Assembly: GCA_023511915.1 (NCBI GenBank)
Contig: JAIMAN010000006.1
Location: 3,284 to 67,283 of the forward strand
Direction of reading: 5' to 3'
Source of the DNA: Armatimonadota bacterium
GTDB lineage: Bacteria > Armatimonadota > Fimbriimonadia > Fimbriimonadales > GBS-DC
DNA length: 64,000 bases
Positions 28,010 through 37,022 of this stretch are shown here, in pieces. The first letter of the stretch is position 1. Every line of letters starts with the position of its first letter. A program made the position numbers and the translations under genes. A model generated the notes under the pieces. The model had not been told where the DNA came from, searched no databases, and saw nothing but the letters and a program-made list of their open reading frames with translations.

Positions 28010-30199
28010 ATGCAGAATCGATGGCTGATACTGGGCTTGAGTGTTCTTGTCTCGGCGATGTTATGGGTTGCAGGGCGCGCCCAAGCGGTGATTACCTACC
28101 AGGGCTACCTGCGCATGGGCGGCGCGCCTGCCAACGGAAACTACGACTTCATCTTCACCCTGTACGACGACCCGATGGCGGGCAACCAAGTCGGCGTCCA
28201 AGTCAGAATCAACAACAAGCTCGTCAGAAACGGGTTGTATACTGTGGAACTGGACTTCGGTCCTCACAATGTTATCTGGAACGCCCTGCCCGCACGCAAT
28301 CGTTGGCTGGAGATTCAGGTGCGCCCAGCGGGGGGCGGGAACTTCATGCGACTTGCCCCGCGCGTGCGCATCCACGCCGCGCCCTATGCGTGGGCAGCGT
28401 TTCCTGTGGGACCCGCCGCTGGCGACCTGGCGGGCAACTATCCGAACCCGTTGGTGGTCGGTTTTCGGGGATTGCCGCTGGCGGTGTTCAACGCGGCGAA
28501 CCCGCCGAATGTCGGTGACTTTTTGTTCTGGAATGGCAACTTCTGGAGACCCGCAGGCGGCGCAGGCGGTGCAGGACCCGTGAACGGCGCCCTCTTGTTC
28601 TGGAACGCTGGCATACTCAGGTGGCAGCCGATGGCGGTTCCGCCTGCGGTCGGCAATGTGCCCATTTGGAACGGCAACGCTTGGGCGCCTGGCGTGATTC
28701 CGCCTGGAGGACCCGCGGGCGGCGACCTATTCGGCAACTACCCGAACCCGATGGTCGCAGGGCTGCGCGGGCGCCCCGTCTCGCCGAATCTTCCCCAGAC
28801 AGGACAAGTGCTGAAGTGGGATGGCATGATGTGGACGCCCGCGAACGATCTGACCGATGGCAACTTCACGCTGCCGTTCACGGGCGGCGCAGCCGTACAA
28901 AACGGCGCGACCTTCGCCATCGCCAACCCCGCCTCGACGGGTCAAGCGGTTGCGATTTCGGGCGCGTCTGCCAGCACGAGCGGCGCGGGCATTCTCGGCG
29001 AGGCGACCGCCACGACAGGCGAGGCGTATGGCGTGATTGGACGCAGCGCGAGCGAGAGCGGACGCGGCGTGTTCGGCGAGGCGACGGCATCGTCGGGCAA
29101 CACCTATGGGATGTACGGGCGCGCCAGCAGCACCAGCGGCGTCGGCGTGCTTGGCGAAGCCACCGCGACTTCGGGCGACACGCGCGGTATACTGGGGCGC
29201 AGTAGCAGCACCAGCGGCGTCGGCGTGCTTGGCGAAGCCACCGCGACTTCGGGCGACACGCGCGGTATACTGGGACGCAGTAGCAGCACCAGCGGCGTCG
29301 GCGTGCTTGGCGAGGCGACCGCCACGACGGGCAACACCTACGGCATAGCGGGACGCGCCAGTAGCACCAGCGGCGCGGGCGTGTTCGGCGAGGCGACCGC
29401 CACGACGGGCAACACCTACGGCATAGTGGGACGCGCCAGTAGCACCAGCGGCGTGGGCGTGCTTGGCGAGGCGACCGCCACGACGGGCAACACCTATGGT
29501 GGTCTGTTCCAGAACCCCTCCAGCAGTGGCGCAGGCGTGTACGGCTACGCGCAGGCGACCACAGGCACGAACTACGGCGTGGTTGGGCGTTCCGAAAGCC
29601 CTTCGGGACGCGGCGTGGTCGGCGTCGCCGAAGCCTCCACTGGCACGAACTACGGCGTGCTGGGACGCACCAACAGCAGCGCGAACGGCTGGGGCGTGTA
29701 TGCAGGCGGACGCTTGGGCGCGTCGGGCACCAAGTCGTTCCAGATTGACCACCCGCTCCGCCCAGAGACCCACTTCCTGAACCACTTCTGCATCGAGGCG
29801 CCCGAGCCGTACAACCTCTATCGCGGCACGGTGACGCTCGATGCCCAAGGCGAGGCGTGGGTGCAACTGCCCGACTACTTCGAGGCGATTAACCGCGACG
29901 CTTCGTATCACCTGACCCCTATCGGCGCGGCGATGCCCAACCTGCATGTGGCGGTGGAGATTCAGGGCAACCGCTTCAAAATCGCGGGCGGCGCGCCCTT
30001 CAAAAAGGTCTCGTGGGAAGTGAAAGCCGTTCGCAACGATCCGTGGGTGCAACAGTACGGCTACCAGACCGAGCAAGAGAAGCCGAAAGAGTATCAGGGC
30101 TTGTACCTGCACCCCGAACTGTACGGGCAACCGAAGGAGCGCGGCGTCTTCTATATGCTTCGTACCGAGCCTGCCTACCAACTGCCTGCCGAACCCTGA
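28010..30199 (+). CDS. Secreted tail-fibre-like repeat protein
   Basis: Signal peptide MQNRWLILGLSVLVSAMLWVAGRAQA, then ITYQGYLRMGGAPANGNYDFIFTLYDD (a tail-fibre-like N-domain), about ten 26-aa repeats, and a C-terminal KSFQIDHPLRPETHFLNHFCIEAPE... domain. Confidence 0.6.
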   Translation: MQNRWLILGLSVLVSAMLWVAGRAQAVITYQGYLRMGGAPANGNYDFIFTLYDDPMAGNQVGVQVRINNKLVRNGLYTVELDFGPHNVIWNALPARNRWLEIQVRPAGGGNFMRLAPRVRIHAAPYAWAAFPVGPAAGDLAGNYPNPLVVGFRGLPLAVFNAANPPNVGDFLFWNGNFWRPAGGAGGAGPVNGALLFWNAGILRWQPMAVPPAVGNVPIWNGNAWAPGVIPPGGPAGGDLFGNYPNPMVAGLRGRPVSPNLPQTGQVLKWDGMMWTPANDLTDGNFTLPFTGGAAVQNGATFAIANPASTGQAVAISGASASTSGAGILGEATATTGEAYGVIGRSASESGRGVFGEATASSGNTYGMYGRASSTSGVGVLGEATATSGDTRGILGRSSSTSGVGVLGEATATSGDTRGILGRSSSTSGVGVLGEATATTGNTYGIAGRASSTSGAGVFGEATATTGNTYGIVGRASSTSGVGVLGEATATTGNTYGGLFQNPSSSGAGVYGYAQATTGTNYGVVGRSESPSGRGVVGVAEASTGTNYGVLGRTNSSANGWGVYAGGRLGASGTKSFQIDHPLRPETHFLNHFCIEAPEPYNLYRGTVTLDAQGEAWVQLPDYFEAINRDASYHLTPIGAAMPNLHVAVEIQGNRFKIAGGAPFKKVSWEVKAVRNDPWVQQYGYQTEQEKPKEYQGLYLHPELYGQPKERGVFYMLRTEPAYQLPAEP
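28955..29710 (+). repeat. In-frame tandem repeats of 78 nt / 26 aa (two 13-aa half-units), about 10 copies
   Basis: The unit is GEATATxGxTYGIxGRASSTSGVGVL. Copies at 29129-29206 and 29207-29284 are 77/78 identical. Confidence 0.9.
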
Positions 30200-30208
30200 A
30201 AGCGAGCA

Positions 30209-30235
30209 CCCGCCTGCCCCGCGCGGGGCGGGCGG
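30209..30235 (+). terminator. GC-rich hairpin (CCCGCCTGCCCC-GCGC-GGGGCGGGCGG), no U-tract
   Basis: Inverted repeat read directly, lying between the 28010 and 30263 genes. Confidence 0.35.
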
Positions 30236-30262
30236 TACCCGCATCATCATCGGAGGTGAACC

Positions 30263-30673
30263 ATGCGAAAACTCATCGCAACTCTGGGAATGTTGATTGG
30301 GCTTAGTCTCGCGGGCGTGTATGCCCAGCAAGGCGGGATGTTTGACCTCACTTGGTGGACGATCGACTCAGGCGGCGTGACCTTCGCCACAGGCGGCATG
30401 TTCGAGATGGGCGGCACGGTCGGACAGCACGACGCGCACGAGGAACTCTACTTCCCCGGCGCGAACTTCCTCAACGGCGGCTTTTGGTTCGAGCCGTGCT
30501 GGACCTCCAACGGCGATGTGGACGGCGACGGCTGCGTGGACGACGCAGACCTTCTATTCGTGCTGTTTAACTTCGGGAATATGGGACAGCACCTTGCCGA
30601 TGTCAACTGTGACGAGATGGTGGACGATGCTGACCTGCTGATTGTGCTGTTTAACTTCGGCGCAGGCTGTTAG
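30263..30673 (+). CDS. Small secreted protein with C-terminal double dockerin-like module
   Basis: Signal peptide MRKLIATLGMLIGLSLAGVYAQ and a GGMFEMGGTVGQHDA...GGFW block. The C-terminus is DVDGDGCVDDADLLFVLFNFGNMGQHLADVNCDEMVDDADLLIVLFNFGAGC. GGAGGTGA SD present. Confidence 0.65.
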   Translation: MRKLIATLGMLIGLSLAGVYAQQGGMFDLTWWTIDSGGVTFATGGMFEMGGTVGQHDAHEELYFPGANFLNGGFWFEPCWTSNGDVDGDGCVDDADLLFVLFNFGNMGQHLADVNCDEMVDDADLLIVLFNFGAGC

Positions 30674-30688
30674 CCAACCCCCTGCCTA

Positions 30689-30716
30689 CGCGGCGGCGGG
30701 CACAACCGCCGCCGCG
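30689..30716 (+). terminator. Perfect 11-bp hairpin CGCGGCGGCGG-GCACAA-CCGCCGCCGCG
   Basis: Inverted repeat read directly. Followed by CCTTATGTG and then the TATAAT box of the CHAT gene. Confidence 0.5.
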
Positions 30717-30738
30717 CCTTATGTGCTATAATCCCGCC

Positions 30739-33480
30739 ATGCAGGCGACCTTACCCGAAGGCTGGACGCAAGCCGAGTATGCGTGGCTGAGCGCGCTGGG
30801 GCAGGCGCGCGACCCCGCACGGCTGCTTGACCAGCATCGCGACTGGCAACGCGCGGCGTGGGTGCAGGCGAAGTTAGACGCGCTGCAGGGGCTGACCCCC
30901 GACGCGATGCAACGCCTAACGCCCGCCGTGCAGGGCTTGATCCGCCTTGCCGACCGCTTGGGCGCGCTGGAGTTGCGCTGCTACGCGCGGGAACGGCGGC
31001 TGGACTTCGCGCTGGCGTTGTACGACTTGCGGGGCGTCTCGCCCGTGATGCGCGAGTTGGCAGGGTTGCTCCCGCGCGCCTCGTCGGTGCGTCAGGTCAA
31101 CGGTTGGCGGGCGCTGGCGGGGCTGTATCGGGTGCTGGGCGAGTTGGCGCAGGCGCAGCAAGCCGCGCAACGCGCCTACACCGCTGCGCAACGGCTGGGC
31201 GACCCGACGCTCATCGGGCAGTGTGAGTATATGCTGGCACTTCTTGCGCACACTGCGGGCGACACGGACAGCGCGCTGCGCTGGGTGCAACGCGCCCGCG
31301 CCAACGCACAACGCGCGAACCAACTGCGCGGCGTCGCCGAGTGCTACACCTTCGAAGGCGTGGTGCGCCGCGCCCGCGGCGAGTACGACCAAGCCCTCGC
31401 AGCCTACCGCGCAGGCATCCAAGCGAGCGAGCAAGCCGACTTCCCGCTCGGCGTCGCCCGCTGCATCGCCAATACGGGACTGGTCTACTGGACGATGGGG
31501 CTGTACGAGGATGCGCGGCTGCACTACCGCGAGGCGATGACGCGCTTCCAGCAACTCGGCGCGGAGTGGGATGTGGCGACCTGCACGCTGAACACGGCGA
31601 TCCTGCTGCAGCACGACGGCGACTACGAGGGCGCGCTGGAACTGTACGCGCAGGCGCAGCGACGCTACGAGGCGCTGGGCGACACCGAAGGCGTCGCCTA
31701 CTGCCTGCTCAACCGCGCGGCGGTCTACGACGATATGCGCCAGCACGACCGTGCGGTGCAGACGGCGCATCAGGCGGCGACGCTGTTTGATCGCTTGCAA
31801 ATCCCGCTGCAGGCAGTGCAGGCGCGGCAACTGAAGGCGAACGCGCTGCTGCAGGTAGACCAACCCCGCAACGCGCGCCTCACGCTGGACGCCGCCCAAC
31901 GCCTGCTGGAGACGCTGCCCAATCCGACGCTGGCGGTGCATCAGGCGTACCTGCTGGGCGAAGCGCACGGCAAGTTAGGCGCGTTCCGCGCCGCGCGACG
32001 GCAGTTCGAGGCGTGCCTGCGCCTGATTCGCGAGACGCCCGCCCTGCGCGACGCGCCCCCCGAAGAGGTCGGCGTGTACCTGAGCCAGTTCCGCGAGATT
32101 GTCGCGTCGATTGCGGGCTACTACGGGCGCGCGGGCGACTGGCGCGCGGCGTTCGACGCCTGTCAGCAGGGCAAGGGCAACGCGCTGCGCTTGGCATGGA
32201 ACGCGCCCTTGAGCCTGCCCGAACTCACCCGCGCCGAGCGAGGGCGATTGGACGCCCTGCGCCAGCGCTACGAGACCGCGCTGAGCCGCCAGAGCCGCGC
32301 CCGCACGCCCGCCGAAATCCGCCAGCGTCGGCGCGAGACCGAGCGCGCCCTGCTGGCGTGGCGCGCCTACCAGCGCACGCTCGCCGCGCGCTACCCGCGC
32401 CTGAACTGGCAGCAGCCCGAACCGCTGCGCCCCGAACAACTGCCCTTAGACGAGCAGACCCTACTCATCGAGTACGCCGTCGCGCCTGATTGGTTGACGA
32501 TTGTCTGGGCGCGGCGACAGGGCGGGCGCACCCAACTCGGCGGGCAGGTCGTGCGCGTCCCCGCCGAGACGCTCCGCGCCGAGATTCAAGCCCTGCTGGA
32601 AGCCGTCGAGTCGGAGGCGTCGCCGCCGACGGTGCAGGCGCGGGCGCGCGCGCTGTACGAGCGGCTCATCCGCCCGCTGGAGGCGCAGTTGCAGGGCGTG
32701 CGGCGCGTGATGGTGTGTCCCGATGGCGACTTGCACAGCGCGCCGTGGGCGGTCTTGTGCGATTCGCGCGGGCGGTATCTGCTGGAGCGCACAGCGATTG
32801 CGAGTTGCCCGTCGGCGTCGGCGTGGGCGTCGGCGGAGCGGCTGGCGCGCCCGAAGCCGCCCCCGCGCCGCATGCTGGTGGCTGCCGTGTCGGAGTTTCG
32901 CGGGGCAGGCGGCGACACCCGCGCGCGGCTCAGCCCCCTGCCAGGCGCGCTGCGCGAGGCGAACGCTGTCCAGCGCGTGTGGGGCAGTCCTGTGCAGGCG
33001 CTGCGCAACCAGCAGGCGACCCGCGCGGGGCTGACCCGCGCACTCACGCAAGCCGATGTGCTGCACCTGGCGACTCACGCGACGCCGAACCTGCGCATGC
33101 CGATGCTCAGCGCAATCGCGCTCTGGGGCGAGTCGGAGCCGCAGTGGCTCTACGCGCACGAGGTGCTGCAGCAGCGCCTGCGCGCGCGGCTGACGACGCT
33201 TTCGGCGTGTCAGACGGCGGTCGGCGCGACCACTGCTGACGGCGCGCTGGGGCTGCACTGGGCGTTCCTCGCGGCGGGCTGCCCGACGGTGCTGGCGACG
33301 CTGTGGCGACTGCCCGACGCCGTCGCGCCCGTGTGGAGCGAGCGGTTCTACGCGCGCTACAAGGCGGGCGCGCCCGCGCTGACCGCGATGCGCGAGGCGT
33401 GCCTTGCCGTGCGCCGCACCCCGCAGTTCCAGCACCCGCGCTACTGGGGCGCGTGGCAGTGCTTCGGGGCAACGGCGTGA
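30739..33480 (+). CDS. TPR repeat / CHAT domain protein (caspase-fold peptidase family)
   Basis: N-terminal half has TPR-like repeats (YxxALxxYxxA). The C-terminal CHAT domain has LHLATHA (His) and LSACQTAVG (Cys). A TATAAT box at 30727-30732 lies 6 nt before ATG 30739. Confidence 0.75.
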   Translation: MQATLPEGWTQAEYAWLSALGQARDPARLLDQHRDWQRAAWVQAKLDALQGLTPDAMQRLTPAVQGLIRLADRLGALELRCYARERRLDFALALYDLRGVSPVMRELAGLLPRASSVRQVNGWRALAGLYRVLGELAQAQQAAQRAYTAAQRLGDPTLIGQCEYMLALLAHTAGDTDSALRWVQRARANAQRANQLRGVAECYTFEGVVRRARGEYDQALAAYRAGIQASEQADFPLGVARCIANTGLVYWTMGLYEDARLHYREAMTRFQQLGAEWDVATCTLNTAILLQHDGDYEGALELYAQAQRRYEALGDTEGVAYCLLNRAAVYDDMRQHDRAVQTAHQAATLFDRLQIPLQAVQARQLKANALLQVDQPRNARLTLDAAQRLLETLPNPTLAVHQAYLLGEAHGKLGAFRAARRQFEACLRLIRETPALRDAPPEEVGVYLSQFREIVASIAGYYGRAGDWRAAFDACQQGKGNALRLAWNAPLSLPELTRAERGRLDALRQRYETALSRQSRARTPAEIRQRRRETERALLAWRAYQRTLAARYPRLNWQQPEPLRPEQLPLDEQTLLIEYAVAPDWLTIVWARRQGGRTQLGGQVVRVPAETLRAEIQALLEAVESEASPPTVQARARALYERLIRPLEAQLQGVRRVMVCPDGDLHSAPWAVLCDSRGRYLLERTAIASCPSASAWASAERLARPKPPPRRMLVAAVSEFRGAGGDTRARLSPLPGALREANAVQRVWGSPVQALRNQQATRAGLTRALTQADVLHLATHATPNLRMPMLSAIALWGESEPQWLYAHEVLQQRLRARLTTLSACQTAVGATTADGALGLHWAFLAAGCPTVLATLWRLPDAVAPVWSERFYARYKAGAPALTAMREACLAVRRTPQFQHPRYWGAWQCFGATA

Positions 33481-33598
33481 GAAACTGGCAAAATTCGCGC
33501 CCCAAAGCCGCCAAAGGTGCAACGCTTTCGAAAGTGGGCGAGTCTCCTACCTATGCAGGGAGAAAGGAGACATCGGTTCCCTGCAAGGAGGAAGAACC

Positions 33599-34543
33599 AT
33601 GAAGAAATACGTTGTGGCTGTTACGCTCGCACTTGCGTGCTTGAGCTTCACCAACGCTGTGGCACAGCTTACGGGGATGTCGGGCACAATACTGATTGAA
33701 CACGGTGTCTACCAAGTCGGTGCCAACTCCCCAGGTCCCCTGTACACACCGGACGGCTTTCTGCTATCACCAGGCGCGAACTATCCGGAGGTTCGGAACC
33801 CGGTCATCGTCGGGAACGCCTTCCTTAATTATGCTACGGGTTCCCCGGGAATTGCCTTTCTGAATCGCACGACTGCGCCAGTAGGTCAGTTCGGCGGCGC
33901 ATCGACGAGTATGTATTCCTTAGTCACGCCGAATCGGGGCTTGCTCTGGTGGAACAACTACATGGTGCGCGATGTCCCCTCCAACGACGGCGTGGGTACT
34001 TACAACGCCTCGGGCGGCAATGTCGTGTTTCAGAACGGACCGATTGCGCAAGCAGGGCGGGCGGGTATCTACTTCCCATTCGCAGGGTTTGCGGTCGGTC
34101 CCAACGCCTATGTTGCGGGCGCGATGCTGTTCGAGATGACCATTCTGAATGCGGCGAATGTCATCGTTAACCAGTTCATCTTGGGCGTCCACTTCGGCTT
34201 CGACGGGGTTGGACCGCGCGATAACGGGGTATTTGTGTACGGTACAACGCCCGCGTTCTGGGGCTGGCAGTTCCAAGACTTCGGAAACACCTTCCGCGGC
34301 TACGGGCTGGCTTGGACAAATGTGGTGATTCCCGCAGGCGGAAAGTTCATACTGGAAGGAAGGCTCACCTTGCTGGCAGATCCCGACTCTGGATTCGACA
34401 TCGACAACAGCTTCGACAACGATCCCGATGTGATTGCGAACCTGCCAGAGTTCGGATACACAATCGTTCCTGAGCCTGCCAGCATGACGGCGTTGGGCGT
34501 CGGACTGCTTGCAATGCTGGCGCGTCGTCGACGCACTGCCTAA
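33599..34543 (+). CDS. PEP-CTERM sorting domain protein (third, unrelated body)
   Basis: Signal peptide MKKYVVAVTLALACLSFTNAVAQ and C-terminus VPEPASMTALGVGLLAMLARRRRTA. GGAGGAAG SD present. Confidence 0.8.
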   Translation: MKKYVVAVTLALACLSFTNAVAQLTGMSGTILIEHGVYQVGANSPGPLYTPDGFLLSPGANYPEVRNPVIVGNAFLNYATGSPGIAFLNRTTAPVGQFGGASTSMYSLVTPNRGLLWWNNYMVRDVPSNDGVGTYNASGGNVVFQNGPIAQAGRAGIYFPFAGFAVGPNAYVAGAMLFEMTILNAANVIVNQFILGVHFGFDGVGPRDNGVFVYGTTPAFWGWQFQDFGNTFRGYGLAWTNVVIPAGGKFILEGRLTLLADPDSGFDIDNSFDNDPDVIANLPEFGYTIVPEPASMTALGVGLLAMLARRRRTA

Positions 34544-34556
34544 ACTCATCCAATAG

Positions 34557-34581
34557 GCGGTTCCCTCACAAGGGGAACCGC
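34557..34581. terminator. Hairpin GCGGTTCCC-TCACAA-GGGGAACCGC between convergent genes (member of the GGTTCCCC hairpin family)
   Basis: Inverted repeat read directly. Related to hairpin 2 of repeats A and B. Confidence 0.5.
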
Positions 34582-34589
34582 TCTCCCAC

Positions 34590-35894
34590 TTACTTACCCA
34601 CGCCCATAAACTCGTCTACTTTGCCCGCAAGGTCGTGGTAGAACCCCCAAGTTATAAGGATAAGCGCGATTCCTCCAGCGATGAGGGCAATAAGCGCCCC
34701 CAAATGGAAAAACGCGCGGGGCAACTGGCGCAGGTTCTCGTCGGCGCGCTGGGTGTACCACGCGGCGAGCGTCTGCAGGATGCTGGGCAACTCGCCCGTT
34801 TGCACGCCCGTGCGCGCGAGCATAATCTCTTCAATCGGGAACAGCCCCGACCGCTCCAACGCTTGGTCGATGTGCGCTGCGCCCTCCGCGCGCCCCAACT
34901 CCACCGACAGCAACGCCTCCGCCAGCGCGCGGTTCGGCACAGCGCCTGCCGCCCGCGCGTGCGCCGTCGCAGGGGCGACCCCCGCTTGCGTGAGCCGACC
35001 GAGATGGAACAGGTACTGCTCCAGCGACTGGGCGCGGATCCAGTCGGCGTAGGTGAAAAAGCCCAGCCTGTTCAGGCGCAGCCGCGCGCCTATTCGCTCC
35101 ACCCCCGTCAGCAGGTAGCCCAGCAGCATCAGCGCCGTCAAGAGCAGCGTTGCGGGCAGCCCGTAGCGCAGGTACGCATGCCATACACTGCTGCCAATCG
35201 TCTGCAGCGCGTCCGCCGTCGTGTTGCCCGCAAAATCGCGGAACGCCCAAGTCAGCCCGATCCCGAACGGCGCAATCAGCGGCAGCAGCAGCACTGCATG
35301 CCACAAGCATCCCTGCGTCAATAGCGACCATTTGCGAACCGTGCGCCACTGCTCGTAGTAGGCAATCAGCCGATCGAGCATCTCGAGCAGATAGCCGCCA
35401 TGCTCGGCGGCGCGGAACGCCCCCACCAGAAAGCCTGGAAACAAGTCGGGGAACTTCGCCAGCGCGTCGGAGATGCTTACGCCCTGCGCCGTATCGCGGG
35501 CGATGCTTTCGCTCGCGCGGCGCAAGCCCCCATGCGTCGTGCGCTGACTGAGACTCTGGAACGCATTCGCGGGCGACATCCCCGCCTTGAGCATCGCGCG
35601 GATCTGAATCAACCACAGCGTCATCGGGTGCGGCGCCACGCGCGACTGCTCCCAGTGCGCGGGTTGTGCCCCCCTGACCACGGTCGCCCCTGCTCCGTGT
35701 GGGGAACTGAGTGGGGGTGGGGTTGTCCCGACGGCGTGTGGGGACGCCTGAACGGGCGGGGCGGTTTGGATGTAGGTCGGGATCAGCCCCTGCTGGCGGA
35801 GCAACTGCTGCGCATGGCGCACATCGGTCGCCTGAATCTCCCCCGCGACGCTCCGTCCCCCTGCGTCAACGGCTTGATACCGAAAGGTCTGCAT
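34590..35894 (-). CDS. Type II secretion / type IV pilus platform protein, GspF/PilC family
   Basis: MQTFRYQAVDAGGRSVAGEIQATDVRHAQQLLRQQGLIP is the typical GspF/PilC N-terminus. The body is polytopic. Confidence 0.7.
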   Translation of the reverse strand: MQTFRYQAVDAGGRSVAGEIQATDVRHAQQLLRQQGLIPTYIQTAPPVQASPHAVGTTPPPLSSPHGAGATVVRGAQPAHWEQSRVAPHPMTLWLIQIRAMLKAGMSPANAFQSLSQRTTHGGLRRASESIARDTAQGVSISDALAKFPDLFPGFLVGAFRAAEHGGYLLEMLDRLIAYYEQWRTVRKWSLLTQGCLWHAVLLLPLIAPFGIGLTWAFRDFAGNTTADALQTIGSSVWHAYLRYGLPATLLLTALMLLGYLLTGVERIGARLRLNRLGFFTYADWIRAQSLEQYLFHLGRLTQAGVAPATAHARAAGAVPNRALAEALLSVELGRAEGAAHIDQALERSGLFPIEEIMLARTGVQTGELPSILQTLAAWYTQRADENLRQLPRAFFHLGALIALIAGGIALILITWGFYHDLAGKVDEFMGVGK

Positions 35895-36381
35895 CGTAGA
35901 CCCGTACCTCTTGGGTTTGGATTCGCGGGTCGCGCAACAGTTCCTGCACGCGGGTTCCGTCGGGCAGGGTGTGGTCGGGCGTCATCTCGGCAAGCGGGAT
36001 CAGCACGAACGCCCGCTCGCGCATGCGCGGGTGCGGAATGGTCAGTTCGGGCGTCTGCAGCGTTAGGTCGCCGTACAGGATGATGTCGATGTCCAGCGGG
36101 CGGGGCATCCAGTGTCCTTCGGTGAAGGTGCGCCCCTGCGCGGCTTCGACGGCTTTCACGGCGTGCAACAAATCGTGCGGGCTGAGTTCGGTCTCCGCCC
36201 ACACGCCCAGATTCAGGTACAGGCGCGGGTCGGGCGTCTCGCCGACGGGCGTGGTCTCGTACACGCGCGAGACCTGCCGTGGAAACACCCCATACAGCGG
36301 CAGCCGACGCACCCCCTCGCGCAGGTTCCGCAAGCGGTCGCCCAGATTCGAACCGAGACTGAGATACACCTGCACCGCCAT
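35866..36381 (-). CDS. folK: 2-amino-4-hydroxy-6-hydroxymethyldihydropteridine diphosphokinase
   Basis: Contains MAVQVYLSLGSNLGDR...RPLDIDIILYG...IPHPRMRERAFVLIPL. Only the last 171 codons of track ORF 35866..36876 are used. Confidence 0.85.
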   Translation of the reverse strand: MAVQVYLSLGSNLGDRLRNLREGVRRLPLYGVFPRQVSRVYETTPVGETPDPRLYLNLGVWAETELSPHDLLHAVKAVEAAQGRTFTEGHWMPRPLDIDIILYGDLTLQTPELTIPHPRMRERAFVLIPLAEMTPDHTLPDGTRVQELLRDPRIQTQEVRVYDADLSVSSR

Positions 36382-36444
36382 AGGCGCGGGAGAGTATACC
36401 CGTCTGCACGCGCACAAGCGGGTATACTTCCCTTCGGGATTCCT

Positions 36445-37008
36445 ATGGCGCTTACAGCAACGCATGGAATCAGCTGGGACGAATATCTCCAGTTGCCGCT
36501 CACCCATTATGAGATCCTTGACGGTGAGGTGAACGCTTTGCCAACGCCGCTGTTTAAGCACCAAAAAATCGTTTCGGAACTGATGATTCGGCTGGGCGGG
36601 CAGATTCATCGCGACGCGAAGGGATATCTTGTGCCTGCGCCGTATGATGTCGTGATCCGCCGTGCGCCGCTGCGTACCCGTCAGCCCGACCTGCTGTTTA
36701 TCAGCCGCGAACGCGCCGACCAAATCCCCGACCTGCAGAACCAGCCGCGCATCGAGATTGCGCCCGAACTCGTCATCGAAGTGCTGTCGCCTTCCGACAC
36801 CGCCTCCGAGTGGCTGGAGAAACTGCGCGACTATCACCAAATCGGCGTGCACGAGGTGTGGGCGGTAGACCCGCAATCGGCGTCGGTGGAGGTGCTACGC
36901 TGGTCGGCAGTGGGCTGGCAATCGCAGGGCGTGTTCACGGGCGACCAGCCGATTCGCTCCGAAGTGCTGGGCGAGACGGCGGTCGCGCCCGAAATGCTGT
37001 TCGGGTGA
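36445..37008 (+). CDS. Uma2 family endonuclease (DUF820)
   Basis: YEILDGEV...PDLLFIS...PELVIEVLSPSD...K...Y...GVHEVWAVDP matches the PD-(D/E)xK Uma2 pattern. Confidence 0.75.
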   Translation: MALTATHGISWDEYLQLPLTHYEILDGEVNALPTPLFKHQKIVSELMIRLGGQIHRDAKGYLVPAPYDVVIRRAPLRTRQPDLLFISRERADQIPDLQNQPRIEIAPELVIEVLSPSDTASEWLEKLRDYHQIGVHEVWAVDPQSASVEVLRWSAVGWQSQGVFTGDQPIRSEVLGETAVAPEMLFG

Positions 37009-37022
37009 GGTATCCTTGCGCT

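Noticed and set aside
26617-28518. 633-aa plus-strand ORF
   Set aside because: It is antisense to the anti-sigma and ECF sigma genes, then runs out of frame across the start of the 28010 gene. Its Arg-rich low-complexity translation marks it as a GC-rich shadow ORF.
28727-30331. 534-aa minus-strand ORF
   Set aside because: It is antisense to the tail-fibre-like repeat gene. Its own repeats merely mirror the sense-strand 78-nt repeats.
36382-36876. Upstream 165 codons of track ORF 35866..36876
   Set aside because: Only the last 171 codons are FolK (start MAVQVYLSLGSNLGDR). The upstream part is antisense to the Uma2 gene at 36445-37008.
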